Of a stretch of DNA of 64,000 nt, positions 1 to 9,183 are shown in pieces (position 1 is the first letter of the stretch; each line of letters opens with the position of its first letter). The notes under the pieces were generated by a model that saw only the letters and a program-made list of their open reading frames with translations, was not told where the DNA came from and ran no database searches. Source of the stretch: an uncultured Bacteroides sp. (GTDB taxonomy: Bacteria > Bacteroidota > Bacteroidia > Bacteroidales > Muribaculaceae); assembly GCA_964489495.1 (NCBI GenBank), contig CAZAZA010000003.1, positions 1,660 to 65,659 on the forward strand. Reading direction: 5' to 3'. The translations under genes and the position numbers were made by a program.

Positions 1-2192
1 ATCATCCGGTCGGCGACCCGGCCGGTCCTACGCGTCAGACTGAAGACTGCCTGAAATTTGCACGTTATGCATGTATGGCAGCCGGCGAAGACCTCACGGA
101 ATTTTTCGAAGGGTGGGGTTTCCTCACTCCTTGTGACAACTATCTGGTAGGCGACTACACCAACCACTACACCTCACTGACTCAAGAAGAAGCCGACCGC
201 TGGCGTGCGGAGATAAAGGCTTTGGGCTTACCCAAAAACATCACCCCGCTGTTTATTGATGACCGACCCGGAGAAACCGGACGTTATTACCGTAACGACA
301 ACCCGTGGGATTCGCGAAAGGCTTCCGAACTGATCGGCAATCTCGGAGGAGTCGTCCACTTCAAAGCCAAGAGCCGTGTGACAAGTCCATATAGCTATTT
401 TATATCAGGCAACAACGTGGTTATGGACGGCGGCGCCGGTGGCATAGGATTTGTGGTGCGCGACAACAACGGACGTATGTTAGCATTTGCCAACAGTTAC
501 AAATTTGACGTAAACCCGTCGACATTGAAAGCACTTCTCGACGGTAAAGCGAAGGTCTACGCCATAAGTGAGGGACGTGACACTGAGCCGCAGCTCTGTG
601 CATCCGGACTCGACACAGCAACTCCTGAAAAACTCGCGGAACTACTTGAAGACCTCATCAAAAACGCCAACACCTATGTCGACAACATAGATGACGAAGG
701 CCGTATTGTAGGCAAATACAAACCGTCGGCCGTGGGAACACTCCGCGACCTATGCAATGAGGCACGCGAGATACTCGACAATAATGATGCCGACAGCTAC
801 CGCGACATACTGTCACGACTGTCTGACGAATTTTATTCGGTCGACTCCGACACACGCAAGTCAATCACTGTAATATCCGGCTCATCTTATCTTATCAGCA
901 ATAAAGGACTGAATTTCACAAAATCAATCACAGCCGACGGCAACAAGCTTGCAATGAGCGAAACCGACCAATCTGACGAAACCCAGCAGTGGGTGCTTGA
1001 ATCAGACGGTAACGACCGGTATTACATACGCAGCGTAGCATCCGGACTATATGTGCAGGGAATTACTTCTAACGACCTTGGCGGCGACGACTATCTGCTG
1101 GCATCCAGTCCGGTAGCTTTCACCATCGGATATCCGGGTCCGTCAGACCTATGTATCTATCCCAACAACACATGGAATCATTCCATTAACTATAACCGCA
1201 CTTATAACCGGCTTATAGGATATAACGGCAACGACAACTATTCGCAATGGCGTCTTATGCTTGTCACAGCCAACGAGGCCGGAGAAGCACGCGCAATGCT
1301 TGAAGACCTTATAGAAAAGACCGGAGAACTTATAACCGAAGCCGGAGAAGTCGGCATCAACAGCGAGAAATTTGCCGTACCAAGGGGTGAAGAAGACAAA
1401 TATTTCTTCTCAAACGCCAAATGCAAAGAATCAGCCTACGGCGACCAGTTTACAAGTTTCGGCGTTATAAACGACGGAGCGTCAGACACGTTCTTCCATT
1501 CCGACTATTCAGGTGCTGACTCTGACGACGGTCTTGATCATTACCTCGGCATCGACCTGTGCGGAGGCGATGCTTCAAAAGGTGTGACGACAAGTGACTT
1601 CCAATTAATGTACACCACACGCGGCAGCGGAAATGTATGCGCACCGTCACGCATTATCATACAAGTATCGACCGACGGCGACAGCTGGGTCGATCAGGAG
1701 GTAATAGCCGCCGGGCTGCCCGCATCGGTCAACACAGAATATGTGTCCGACATCATAAGTCTTTCCGAATCTGTGCGATACGTACGTATGATGGTGACAT
1801 CTACCGGTAGCGGACAGAGTGCCGGCGGACACCAGTATTTTGTGGTCAGCGAATTCGGAATAGCCGAAGCCTCAATCTTTACAATTCCATCCGACAAATA
1901 TCCTGAAGTGACAGCCGGACTGCTCGAGGAAGTATATGAGATTCTAAAATCGGCTAAATCAACAGCCGCATCGAGCAACGACACTGACACACTCCGCGAC
2001 ACTTACGACACACTTTTAGAAGCATACAATCGTCTGAAACAAGCCATGGACCAGACCGGTATCGATAAGGTGGATGCCGACCGACCTGCAAATGGACGCG
2101 AAGGCATATACGACCTTCAGGGACGCCGCCTTAAATCAGCCGCTCTTCCCGGCATCTATATAATCAACGGCACTAAAACAGTCGTAAGATAA
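1..2192 (+). CDS. 5'-truncated secreted multidomain protein: probable M60-like peptidase C-terminal region, ricin-type beta-trefoil, F5/8 type C (discoidin) domain, T9SS C-terminal sorting domain
   Basis: The frame of ORF 75..2192 stays open back to base 3 (HPVGDPAGPTRQTEDCLKFARYAC...), so the gene starts upstream of the window. FFEGWGF motif resembles M60-like peptidases. QQWVLESDGNDRYYIRSVASGLYV resembles a ricin QxW repeat. HYLGIDLCGG...YVRMMVTS...SEFGI is discoidin-like. The C-terminus GIYDLQGRRL..PGIYIINGTKTVVR is a typical T9SS CTD. Confidence 0.6.
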   Translation, partial: HPVGDPAGPTRQTEDCLKFARYACMAAGEDLTEFFEGWGFLTPCDNYLVGDYTNHYTSLTQEEADRWRAEIKALGLPKNITPLFIDDRPGETGRYYRNDNPWDSRKASELIGNLGGVVHFKAKSRVTSPYSYFISGNNVVMDGGAGGIGFVVRDNNGRMLAFANSYKFDVNPSTLKALLDGKAKVYAISEGRDTEPQLCASGLDTATPEKLAELLEDLIKNANTYVDNIDDEGRIVGKYKPSAVGTLRDLCNEAREILDNNDADSYRDILSRLSDEFYSVDSDTRKSITVISGSSYLISNKGLNFTKSITADGNKLAMSETDQSDETQQWVLESDGNDRYYIRSVASGLYVQGITSNDLGGDDYLLASSPVAFTIGYPGPSDLCIYPNNTWNHSINYNRTYNRLIGYNGNDNYSQWRLMLVTANEAGEARAMLEDLIEKTGELITEAGEVGINSEKFAVPRGEEDKYFFSNAKCKESAYGDQFTSFGVINDGASDTFFHSDYSGADSDDGLDHYLGIDLCGGDASKGVTTSDFQLMYTTRGSGNVCAPSRIIIQVSTDGDSWVDQEVIAAGLPASVNTEYVSDIISLSESVRYVRMMVTSTGSGQSAGGHQYFVVSEFGIAEASIFTIPSDKYPEVTAGLLEEVYEILKSAKSTAASSNDTDTLRDTYDTLLEAYNRLKQAMDQTGIDKVDADRPANGREGIYDLQGRRLKSAALPGIYIINGTKTVVR

Positions 2193-2213
2193 CCATTTTC
2201 CACTCTCCGATGA

Positions 2214-2255
2214 CTGAAAAAGCCATCCGTCCGGCGTGACGGGTGGCTTTTTCAG
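2214..2255 (+). terminator. Stem-loop terminator after the M60-like gene
   Basis: ctgaaaaagccatccgtc / gacgggtggctttttcag inverted repeat with one G-U pair, followed by T-rich sequence, 22 nt after the stop codon. Confidence 0.7.
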
Positions 2256-2276
2256 TCTTATATCAACTAATATGAT

Positions 2277-2284
2277 TAATTTTG
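2277..2284 (+). promoter_or_regulatory. Bacteroidota -7 box TAATTTTG
   Basis: Matches TAnnTTTG. It lies only 4 nt upstream of the ATG at 2289, implying a leaderless or near-leaderless mRNA, or a different true start. Confidence 0.4.
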
Positions 2285-2288
2285 CAGC

Positions 2289-3950
2289 ATGGAATGGTTA
2301 CAAAGCATTTTTTGCGAGCATTCGCCGCTTCAAGCCGTAGTGCTTCTGTCGGTGATCATAGCTGTCGGACTCGGACTCGGCAAAATACACGTATTCGGCA
2401 TATCGCTTGGCGTAACATGGGTGTTCTTTGCCGGAATACTCGCCGGACATCTGGGATTTTCGGTCGACTCCGGCATGCTCAACTATGCCGAAAGCTTCGG
2501 CCTTGTTCTATTTGTATATGAACTGGGACTCAAAGTCGGCCCGGGATTCTTCAGTTCGTTCCGCGAAGGAGGAATAAAACTCAATCTGCTCGGACTCGGA
2601 GTAGTGGTATCCGGCACTCTTCTGGCCATAGCGTTGAGTGCTGCCACAGGCATATCGATGGCCGACATGGTTGGTATAATCAGCGGGGCCACCACCAACA
2701 CTCCTTCGCTCGGAGCCGCCCAGCAGGCCCTGCAGCAACTCGGAATATCGGCAAACGGAGCAGCCCTAAGCTGCGCCGTCACCTATCCGCTGGGAGTGGT
2801 GGGTGTGATACTCGCAATGATATTTGTACGCAAATGTTTTGTACGTCCGGGCGACATAACCGACCATTCGCACAAAGATGATGACGAAACATTCATAGCA
2901 GGATTTCAGGTACACAATCCCGCAGTATTCGGTAAATCAATACGCGAAGCCGCCGAACTGATACAGCCCAAATTTGTAATATCGCGTCTCTGGCGCGACG
3001 GGCGAGTGAGCATACCCACATCTGAGATATGTCTGCGTGAAAACGACCGCCTGCTCGTAATCACCACCGAACACGACCTGCCAGCCCTGACCGTGCTTTT
3101 CGGCCAGCAGGAAAATAAAGACTGGAATACAGGCGACATCGACTGGGATGCCATAGACAGCACCCTTATATCTAAACATATAATAGTGAGCCGTCCGGAA
3201 ATCAACGGGCGCCGTCTCGGATCATTGCGCCTGCGCAACAATTATGGCATTAACATAAGCCGGGTGCTACGCAGCGGAGTCAAGCTTCTGGCCACTCCTC
3301 AATTGGTACTACAACTCGGTGACCGACTCACCGTAGTGGGAGAGGCCAAATCGATTGAAAATGTCGAAAAAGTGCTCGGCAACCGTGTGAACACACTCAA
3401 AGATCCAAATCTTGCAGCAATATTCATCGGCATCGTGCTCGGACTTCTGATAGGCTCGATACCAATCACTGTTCCCGGGATATCGGTTCCGGTAAAGCTC
3501 GGACTTGCCGGCGGACCCATAGTGGTGGGCATACTGATAGGACGCTTCGGCCCGCAATTCCATATGGTAACATACACCACGCGCAGTGCCAACCTCATGT
3601 TGCGCGGCATAGGGCTGTCGCTCTACCTTGCCTGTCTCGGGCTGGATGCAGGCGCGCATTTTCTCGACACAATCCTGCGTGCCGACGGCCTGTTGTGGAT
3701 AGGGGTGGGATTCATAATAACCGTGGTTCCGGTAGTAATAATGGCACTTGTGTCTATGAGATGGACGCGACTCGATTTCGGTTCGTCATGCGGTATGCTG
3801 TGCGGCGCCATGGCCAACCCCATGGCTCTGACTTATGCCAACGACACCATCCCCGGCGACAATCCTGCCGTAAGCTATGCCACGGTTTACCCCCTGGCAA
3901 TGTTTTCGAGAGTGGTCATAGCCCAGCTTCTCGTTCTCACTTTTCTTTGA
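2289..3950 (+). CDS. AAE-family (YidE/YbjL-like) putative transporter with two central TrkA-C/RCK_C domains
   Basis: 553 aa. Hydrophobic N- and C-terminal halves flank two soluble repeats (..FVISRLWRDGRVSIPTSEICLRENDRLLVI.. and ..INISRVLRSGVKLLATPQLVLQLGDRLTVVG..), the typical architecture of this family. Confidence 0.8.
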   Translation: MEWLQSIFCEHSPLQAVVLLSVIIAVGLGLGKIHVFGISLGVTWVFFAGILAGHLGFSVDSGMLNYAESFGLVLFVYELGLKVGPGFFSSFREGGIKLNLLGLGVVVSGTLLAIALSAATGISMADMVGIISGATTNTPSLGAAQQALQQLGISANGAALSCAVTYPLGVVGVILAMIFVRKCFVRPGDITDHSHKDDDETFIAGFQVHNPAVFGKSIREAAELIQPKFVISRLWRDGRVSIPTSEICLRENDRLLVITTEHDLPALTVLFGQQENKDWNTGDIDWDAIDSTLISKHIIVSRPEINGRRLGSLRLRNNYGINISRVLRSGVKLLATPQLVLQLGDRLTVVGEAKSIENVEKVLGNRVNTLKDPNLAAIFIGIVLGLLIGSIPITVPGISVPVKLGLAGGPIVVGILIGRFGPQFHMVTYTTRSANLMLRGIGLSLYLACLGLDAGAHFLDTILRADGLLWIGVGFIITVVPVVIMALVSMRWTRLDFGSSCGMLCGAMANPMALTYANDTIPGDNPAVSYATVYPLAMFSRVVIAQLLVLTFL

Positions 3951-4686
3951 TAAGACCCGACAGCACCCGTTCCACATAAGGGGTGGGCTTAAGCTTATAG
4001 GCACGCGACAGATAATCTTCTGCTAATTGTTTTCCGTCGCTCCTAACCGCATAATAGTTGCCGAGATACAGCAAAGCATCGCAACAGTCAGGATGAATGT
4101 CGATCACTCGTCGATAAGTGTCGACAGCCTTGTCTATATCGTCCTGCAGAAGGTATCCCCTCGCAAGCAACAACAGGTAGCGTTCATTGTCAGGAAGACC
4201 TTCAAGCATCTTTCTGCTGTATGTCACAATCTGCGGGCCGTTGCAACGAAACGAATAGTAATCGAGTAAATAACCGTCGACAACACGCTCCATCCAGGCA
4301 TGTGAATCATTGACCGTGTGCAGAAACTTCTCGTACAGGTCTGTACTCCCACATTCAAAACTCACATTTCTTACATATGTAAGTAAGGAATCGAACGCTA
4401 TGCGGTTTTGCAAAGCCCCGTTGAAAAATTCCATCTGGGCCACGCTTCTGCCGCGCATTCCCTCAGACACTATGGCACGGGCATAAGTATCGGCTACGTT
4501 TGGCCGACGGTCAATCATCAGCTGATACATGGCGGCCGCACTCGCCCATTCACGGTTGTTGAAAAAACGTCCGGCCTTAGCCTCAAGAACAGCATACGGA
4601 GTGTCGGATGCTTCTGTCGACACTGTTGTCGACATAGTTGTCAACACAGCTGTCAATAGTATTGTCATAAGTCGTTTAGCATACAT
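3937..4686 (-). CDS. Secreted TPR-repeat protein (hypothetical)
   Basis: 249 aa. N-terminal signal-like hydrophobic segment. TPR-like helices (AAAMYQLMIDRRPNVADTY.., YLLLLARGYLLQDDIDKAVDTYRRVIDIHPD.., LLYLGNYY..). ATG start verified. The 3' end overlaps the convergent transporter gene by 14 bp. Confidence 0.6.
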   Translation of the reverse strand: MYAKRLMTILLTAVLTTMSTTVSTEASDTPYAVLEAKAGRFFNNREWASAAAMYQLMIDRRPNVADTYARAIVSEGMRGRSVAQMEFFNGALQNRIAFDSLLTYVRNVSFECGSTDLYEKFLHTVNDSHAWMERVVDGYLLDYYSFRCNGPQIVTYSRKMLEGLPDNERYLLLLARGYLLQDDIDKAVDTYRRVIDIHPDCCDALLYLGNYYAVRSDGKQLAEDYLSRAYKLKPTPYVERVLSGLIKEK

Positions 4687-5089
4687 ACTTATATAACGTA
4701 AAAATAGGCATTTGGATGTATATAACTATGTCTAAAACCATGTATACAACTTATCAACATATTGTCGATAAAACACATAATATATTATAAACCAAAAATA
4801 TATAATGTCTATAACATGTCAAATCAAATGTCTATATACCAAAACATACCCACACCGTCAAAACAGTGCCGTGCAGACATTTTTCAGCAGCATCACTACT
4901 GTGTCGGAAACCTGTCGACAACATTGAGTAAACCGCGACTAAAACTATCGACAACTTTATTTGGAAAACAGAGCACTTAAACCGTATATACAACTTTCTG
5001 AGACACCGGCCGATAGAGTGATGTAAGTTATGAATGGGTTTTAAACCCTTTTTTACGCGTTTATTGACTGTTGAATGAAGCTTTTTTAT

Positions 5090-5097
5090 TAACTTTG
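5090..5097 (+). promoter_or_regulatory. Candidate -7 box TAACTTTG inside the long AT-rich spacer, about 215 nt upstream of nadA
   Basis: Exact TAnnTTTG match, identical to the boxes found just upstream of several other genes in this window. No better box lies closer to nadA. Confidence 0.4.
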
Positions 5098-5314
5098 CAC
5101 GTTATTAACAGAGTGTTGATAAACATCCTAATTCTCTAACAAGCAATAGCTAACATTGTCGATAAACTGTTGGATAACGTCATCTGTACAACAATAACCA
5201 TAAATAACAAGAAAACGTTGCTGAAGTTTTAATAACAATCGACAGACATTATTATTACTTGGGGAGATTTTTGAAAAAATTTTTATTTCTTGAAAATTAA
5301 AAAAACAATAAAAA

Positions 5315-6259
5315 ATGGCTGTTGAAAACTGTCGAGAAAATGATTTGCGCGACGAGGTGATCAGGCTTAAGAAAGAGCGTGGGGCCGTGATTATGGCACA
5401 TTATTACCAGACAGGCGACATTCAGGATATAGCCGACTATGTCGGCGACTCGCTTGCCCTGGCCCAGATTGCGACACGTATCGATGCTCCTGTCATAGTG
5501 ATGTGCGGGGTGCATTTCATGGGTGAGACTGCCAAGATTCTTTGTCCGGAAAAAACCGTGCTCGTTCCTGACACAAATGCCGGTTGCTCTCTCGCCGACA
5601 GCTGTCCTGCCGATAAGTTTGCCGAATTTGTGGCCGCCCATCCCGGCTACACCGTAGTCAGCTATGTCAACACTTCAGCTGCCGTAAAGGCTCTCACGGA
5701 TATTGTGGTGACCTCGGGCAATGCCCGCAAAGTTGTCGACAGTCTGCCTGCAGATGAAAAGATAATTTTCGGGCCGGACCGAAACCTTGGCGAATATATC
5801 AACAGTTCCACAGGGCGCCATATGCTTCTCTGGGACGGAGCCTGCCACGTGCACGAACGGTTCTCGACCGAGAAAGTCGTAGAACTGAAAAAAATCTATC
5901 CGGATGCCGAAGTGCTCGTACACCCGGAATGTCAGAAACCACTGCAGCTGCTGGCCGACCGGCTCGGCTCGACCGCCGTGTTGCTGCGCCATGCCAAAGA
6001 AAGCAATGCCAAGCGGTTTATCGTGGCTACCGAGAGCGGTATACTGCACAAGATGCGTATCGAATGCCCTGAAAAGGAATTCATACCTGCGCCGCCTGCC
6101 GATAGCACCTGTGCCTGCAACGATTGCTCGTTCATGAAGCTTAACACTATGGAGAAACTCCGCAATTGTCTGCGCGACCTCAGTCCGGAAATCACAGTCG
6201 ATCCGGATATTGCCGAACGCGCACGTCGTCCTATTGACCGCATGCTCGCACTCAGTTAA
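5315..6259 (+). CDS. nadA: Quinolinate synthase
   Basis: 314 aa. IMAHYYQ..DIQDIADYVGDSLALAQ...VMCGVHFMGETAKIL and later VHPEC..ATE.GI motifs are characteristic of NadA. Confidence 0.93.
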   Translation: MAVENCRENDLRDEVIRLKKERGAVIMAHYYQTGDIQDIADYVGDSLALAQIATRIDAPVIVMCGVHFMGETAKILCPEKTVLVPDTNAGCSLADSCPADKFAEFVAAHPGYTVVSYVNTSAAVKALTDIVVTSGNARKVVDSLPADEKIIFGPDRNLGEYINSSTGRHMLLWDGACHVHERFSTEKVVELKKIYPDAEVLVHPECQKPLQLLADRLGSTAVLLRHAKESNAKRFIVATESGILHKMRIECPEKEFIPAPPADSTCACNDCSFMKLNTMEKLRNCLRDLSPEITVDPDIAERARRPIDRMLALS

Positions 6260-6283
6260 CCCAGTCAAAAATCACATCAGAAA

Positions 6284-9058
6284 ATGGAATATAATCATAA
6301 GGATATTGAAAAGCGCTGGCAGCAGTACTGGCGCGACCACTCGACCTATAAGACCGAAATTGACCGGTCACGTCCGAAATATTACGTGCTCGACATGTTC
6401 CCCTATCCTTCGGGAGCCGGTCTCCATGTCGGTCACCCGTTAGGCTATATAGCTTCTGACATCATAGCGCGTTTCAAACGTCAGCAAGGATTCAACGTAC
6501 TTCATCCGATGGGATATGATGCTTATGGTTTACCCGCCGAGCAGTACGCCATACAGACGGGGCAGCATCCGGAGATAACGACTGTCAAAAACATTGAACG
6601 TTATCGCGCACAGCTCGACAAGATAGGAATGTGCTACGACTGGAGTCGCGAGGTGCGCACATGCGACCCCGCCTATTACCACTGGACGCAGTGGGCTTTT
6701 GCCAGAATGTTCGAGAGCTATTATGATACGGCTCTTGACAAGGCTATGCCTATCGCTTCGCTCGTCGAACATTTTTCCGAACACGGCACGGACGGAGTCC
6801 ATGCCGCATGCACCGAAGAACTTGACTTCACAGCCGGGCAGTGGCAGGCAATGAGCGACAAGGAGAAGAGCGATACGCTGATGAACTACCGCATTGCCTA
6901 TCTGGGCAACACAATGGTGAACTGGTGTCCCGCACTTGGAACCGTACTTGCAAATGACGAGGTGAGCGAAGGTGTGTCGCTGCGCGGCGGATATCCTGTG
7001 GAGCAGAAACTCATGTACCAATGGTGTCTGCGTGTGTCGGCTTATGCCTCGCGTCTTCTTGAAGGGCTTGAGCGTGTCGACTGGAGCGATTCGCTCAAAG
7101 AGACACAGCGCAACTGGATCGGTCGCTCGGAAGGAGCAGAGATGTATTTCCCCATCGAGGGCACTGACCGTTCGATAGAAATATTTACCACACGTGCCGA
7201 TACAGTGTTCGGAGTCACGTTTATGGTGCTCGCTCCCGAAAGCGAATATGTGGCACAGCTAACTACTCCTGACCGTAAAGCCGAGGTCGACGCTTACCTT
7301 GAAGAGGTGAAGCATAAAACCGAACGCGAACGTATGATCGAGAAGAAGGTCACCGGCGTGTTCACAGGTTCTTATGCCATTAACCCTCTGTCGGGTGCTC
7401 GTATCCCGGTATGGGTAAGCGATTACGTACTCGCCGGCTATGGAACAGGAGCCATTATGGCGGTTCCGGCTCATGACAGTCGCGACTATGCGTTCGCACG
7501 CCATTTTGATCTGCCCGTCATACCGTTGATCGAAGGCTGCGACGTCTCGGAGCAATCGTTCGATGCAAAAAGCGGTAAAATGATCAACAGTTGCGGTCCC
7601 GAACTCGACTTGAACGGGCTCGAGGTCAAGGACGCCATAGCACGCACAAAGCAGTTTATCGAAGCTAAAGGTATAGGCCGTGTAAAAACCAACTATCGTC
7701 TGCGTGACGCCATATTCAGCCGTCAGCGTTACTGGGGCGAGCCGTTCCCCGTATATTATAAGGACGGGATTCCGACACTTCTTCCGGATGACAAGCTGCC
7801 GCTCCTGCTTCCTGAGATAGATTCGTTCAAGCCCACGTCGACAGGCGAACCTCCGCTCGGACATGCCAAAGACTGGAATATCGACGGATATCCTCTGGAA
7901 CTATGCACTATGCCCGGATTTGCCGGATCGTCGGCCTACTATTTCAGATATATGGACCCTCACAACGACAAAGAGCTTGTGAGTCGCGATGCAAACGAGT
8001 ACTGGCGCAGTGTTGACTTGTATATCGGTGGTACGGAACATGCGACAGGCCACCTTATATATAGCCGTTTCTGGAATAAATTTCTTTTTGACCTCGGACT
8101 TGTTTGCGAGGACGAACCGTTCCGCCGTCTGGTCAACCAGGGCATGATACAGGGCCGCAGCAACTTTGTATACCGTATCAAAGACACCAATACATTCGTG
8201 TCGGCCGGTCTCAAGGACAACTACGATGTGACACCGATACATGTCGACGTGAATATCGTCAGCAACGACATACTCGATACAGAGGCATTCCGCCGCTGGC
8301 GTCCCGATTACGCAGATGCCGAGTTTATACTCGAAGACGGAAAATATGTGTGCGGCTGGGCTGTTGAAAAAATGTCGAAATCGATGTTCAACGTAGTCAA
8401 TCCCGACGACATAGTGGAGCGTTACGGTGCCGATACACTTCGTCTGTATGAAATGTTCCTCGGACCTCTCCAGCAGAGCAAGCCATGGGATACTAACGGC
8501 ATAGACGGAGTGAACCGATTCCTGCGACGTCTGTGGTCTTTGTTCTACAAAGGTGACCAGTGGATCGTTGACGATAGCGAGCCTACGCCCGAGCAGTTGA
8601 AATCGCTTCACAAACTTATCAAAAAAGTGACCGGCGACATAGAGTCGATGTCGTTCAACACATCGGTGGCCGCCTTCATGATATGTGTCAACGAGCTCAC
8701 TTCGCTCAAATGTCACAGCAGACGCATACTTGAGCCGCTTCTGGCGGTCATCGCTCCTTTTGCTCCGCATATCACCCAGCAGCTCTGGCACGATCTCGGC
8801 CACGGCGACGAAATGATAGTCGATGCCGGATGGCCGGAGTGGAACGAAGAATATCTCCGCGAGAACAATGTGACTTATGCAGTGTCGTTCAACGGCAAGG
8901 CACGCTTCAATATCGAAGTGCCGGCCGATATGCCTTCCGACGAGGTGCAGTCTATGGCTTTAAGCCATGAAAATGCAGCAAAGTGGATAGATGGCAAACA
9001 GATTGTCAAAGTCATCGTCGTACCTCGTAAGATTGTAAATATTGTTGTCAAAGGTTGA
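6284..9058 (+). CDS. leuS: Leucine--tRNA ligase
   Basis: 924 aa. N-terminus [32 protein letters not shown] (HIGH region) and a KMSKS motif ([12 protein letters not shown]). Confidence 0.97.
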   Translation: MEYNHKDIEKRWQQYWRDHSTYKTEIDRSRPKYYVLDMFPYPSGAGLHVGHPLGYIASDIIARFKRQQGFNVLHPMGYDAYGLPAEQYAIQTGQHPEITTVKNIERYRAQLDKIGMCYDWSREVRTCDPAYYHWTQWAFARMFESYYDTALDKAMPIASLVEHFSEHGTDGVHAACTEELDFTAGQWQAMSDKEKSDTLMNYRIAYLGNTMVNWCPALGTVLANDEVSEGVSLRGGYPVEQKLMYQWCLRVSAYASRLLEGLERVDWSDSLKETQRNWIGRSEGAEMYFPIEGTDRSIEIFTTRADTVFGVTFMVLAPESEYVAQLTTPDRKAEVDAYLEEVKHKTERERMIEKKVTGVFTGSYAINPLSGARIPVWVSDYVLAGYGTGAIMAVPAHDSRDYAFARHFDLPVIPLIEGCDVSEQSFDAKSGKMINSCGPELDLNGLEVKDAIARTKQFIEAKGIGRVKTNYRLRDAIFSRQRYWGEPFPVYYKDGIPTLLPDDKLPLLLPEIDSFKPTSTGEPPLGHAKDWNIDGYPLELCTMPGFAGSSAYYFRYMDPHNDKELVSRDANEYWRSVDLYIGGTEHATGHLIYSRFWNKFLFDLGLVCEDEPFRRLVNQGMIQGRSNFVYRIKDTNTFVSAGLKDNYDVTPIHVDVNIVSNDILDTEAFRRWRPDYADAEFILEDGKYVCGWAVEKMSKSMFNVVNPDDIVERYGADTLRLYEMFLGPLQQSKPWDTNGIDGVNRFLRRLWSLFYKGDQWIVDDSEPTPEQLKSLHKLIKKVTGDIESMSFNTSVAAFMICVNELTSLKCHSRRILEPLLAVIAPFAPHITQQLWHDLGHGDEMIVDAGWPEWNEEYLRENNVTYAVSFNGKARFNIEVPADMPSDEVQSMALSHENAAKWIDGKQIVKVIVVPRKIVNIVVKG

Positions 9059-9088
9059 AACCTTTTTTGCAGTGTCAAAATAAAAGGG

Positions 9089-9096
9089 TAACTTTG
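9089..9096 (+). promoter_or_regulatory. -7 box TAACTTTG upstream of korA
   Basis: Exact TAnnTTTG match in the leuS-korA spacer. Confidence 0.5.
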
Positions 9097-9183
9097 CCAC
9101 GCTGAAAACCTCAAATGAAGTATCCGTGTCCCGGAGGGGGCACGGGTGCTCTGATACCATTATTAATAGAATCTCTGACAATC

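Noticed and set aside
4762-4980. 72-aa ORF inside the AT-rich spacer upstream of nadA.
   Set aside because: It has a TTG start and a low-complexity, AT-driven composition (I/Y/N/K-rich). There is no nearby -7 box and no recognisable motif.
7901-8803. Long antisense ORFs opposite well-supported genes. Examples: 7901..8803 opposite leuS, 13928..14827 opposite mutS, 28548..29501 opposite ftsI, 34827..35759 opposite the kinase-family gene, 38864..39916 opposite the DUF2723 gene, 40609..41457 opposite queG, 43754..44845 opposite the PfkB kinase.
   Set aside because: In each case the opposite strand encodes a protein with clear family motifs. The antisense translations are Arg/His/Gly-rich and low in information, as expected for shadow ORFs in moderately GC-rich coding DNA.
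9115-9183. Upstream ATG at 9115 as the korA start (adds MKYPCPGGGTGALIPLLIESLTI).
   Set aside because: The extension has no counterpart in my recollection of this family. The ATG at 9184 gives the canonical N-terminus. This is not fully excluded, because the -7 box at 9089 would allow either start.
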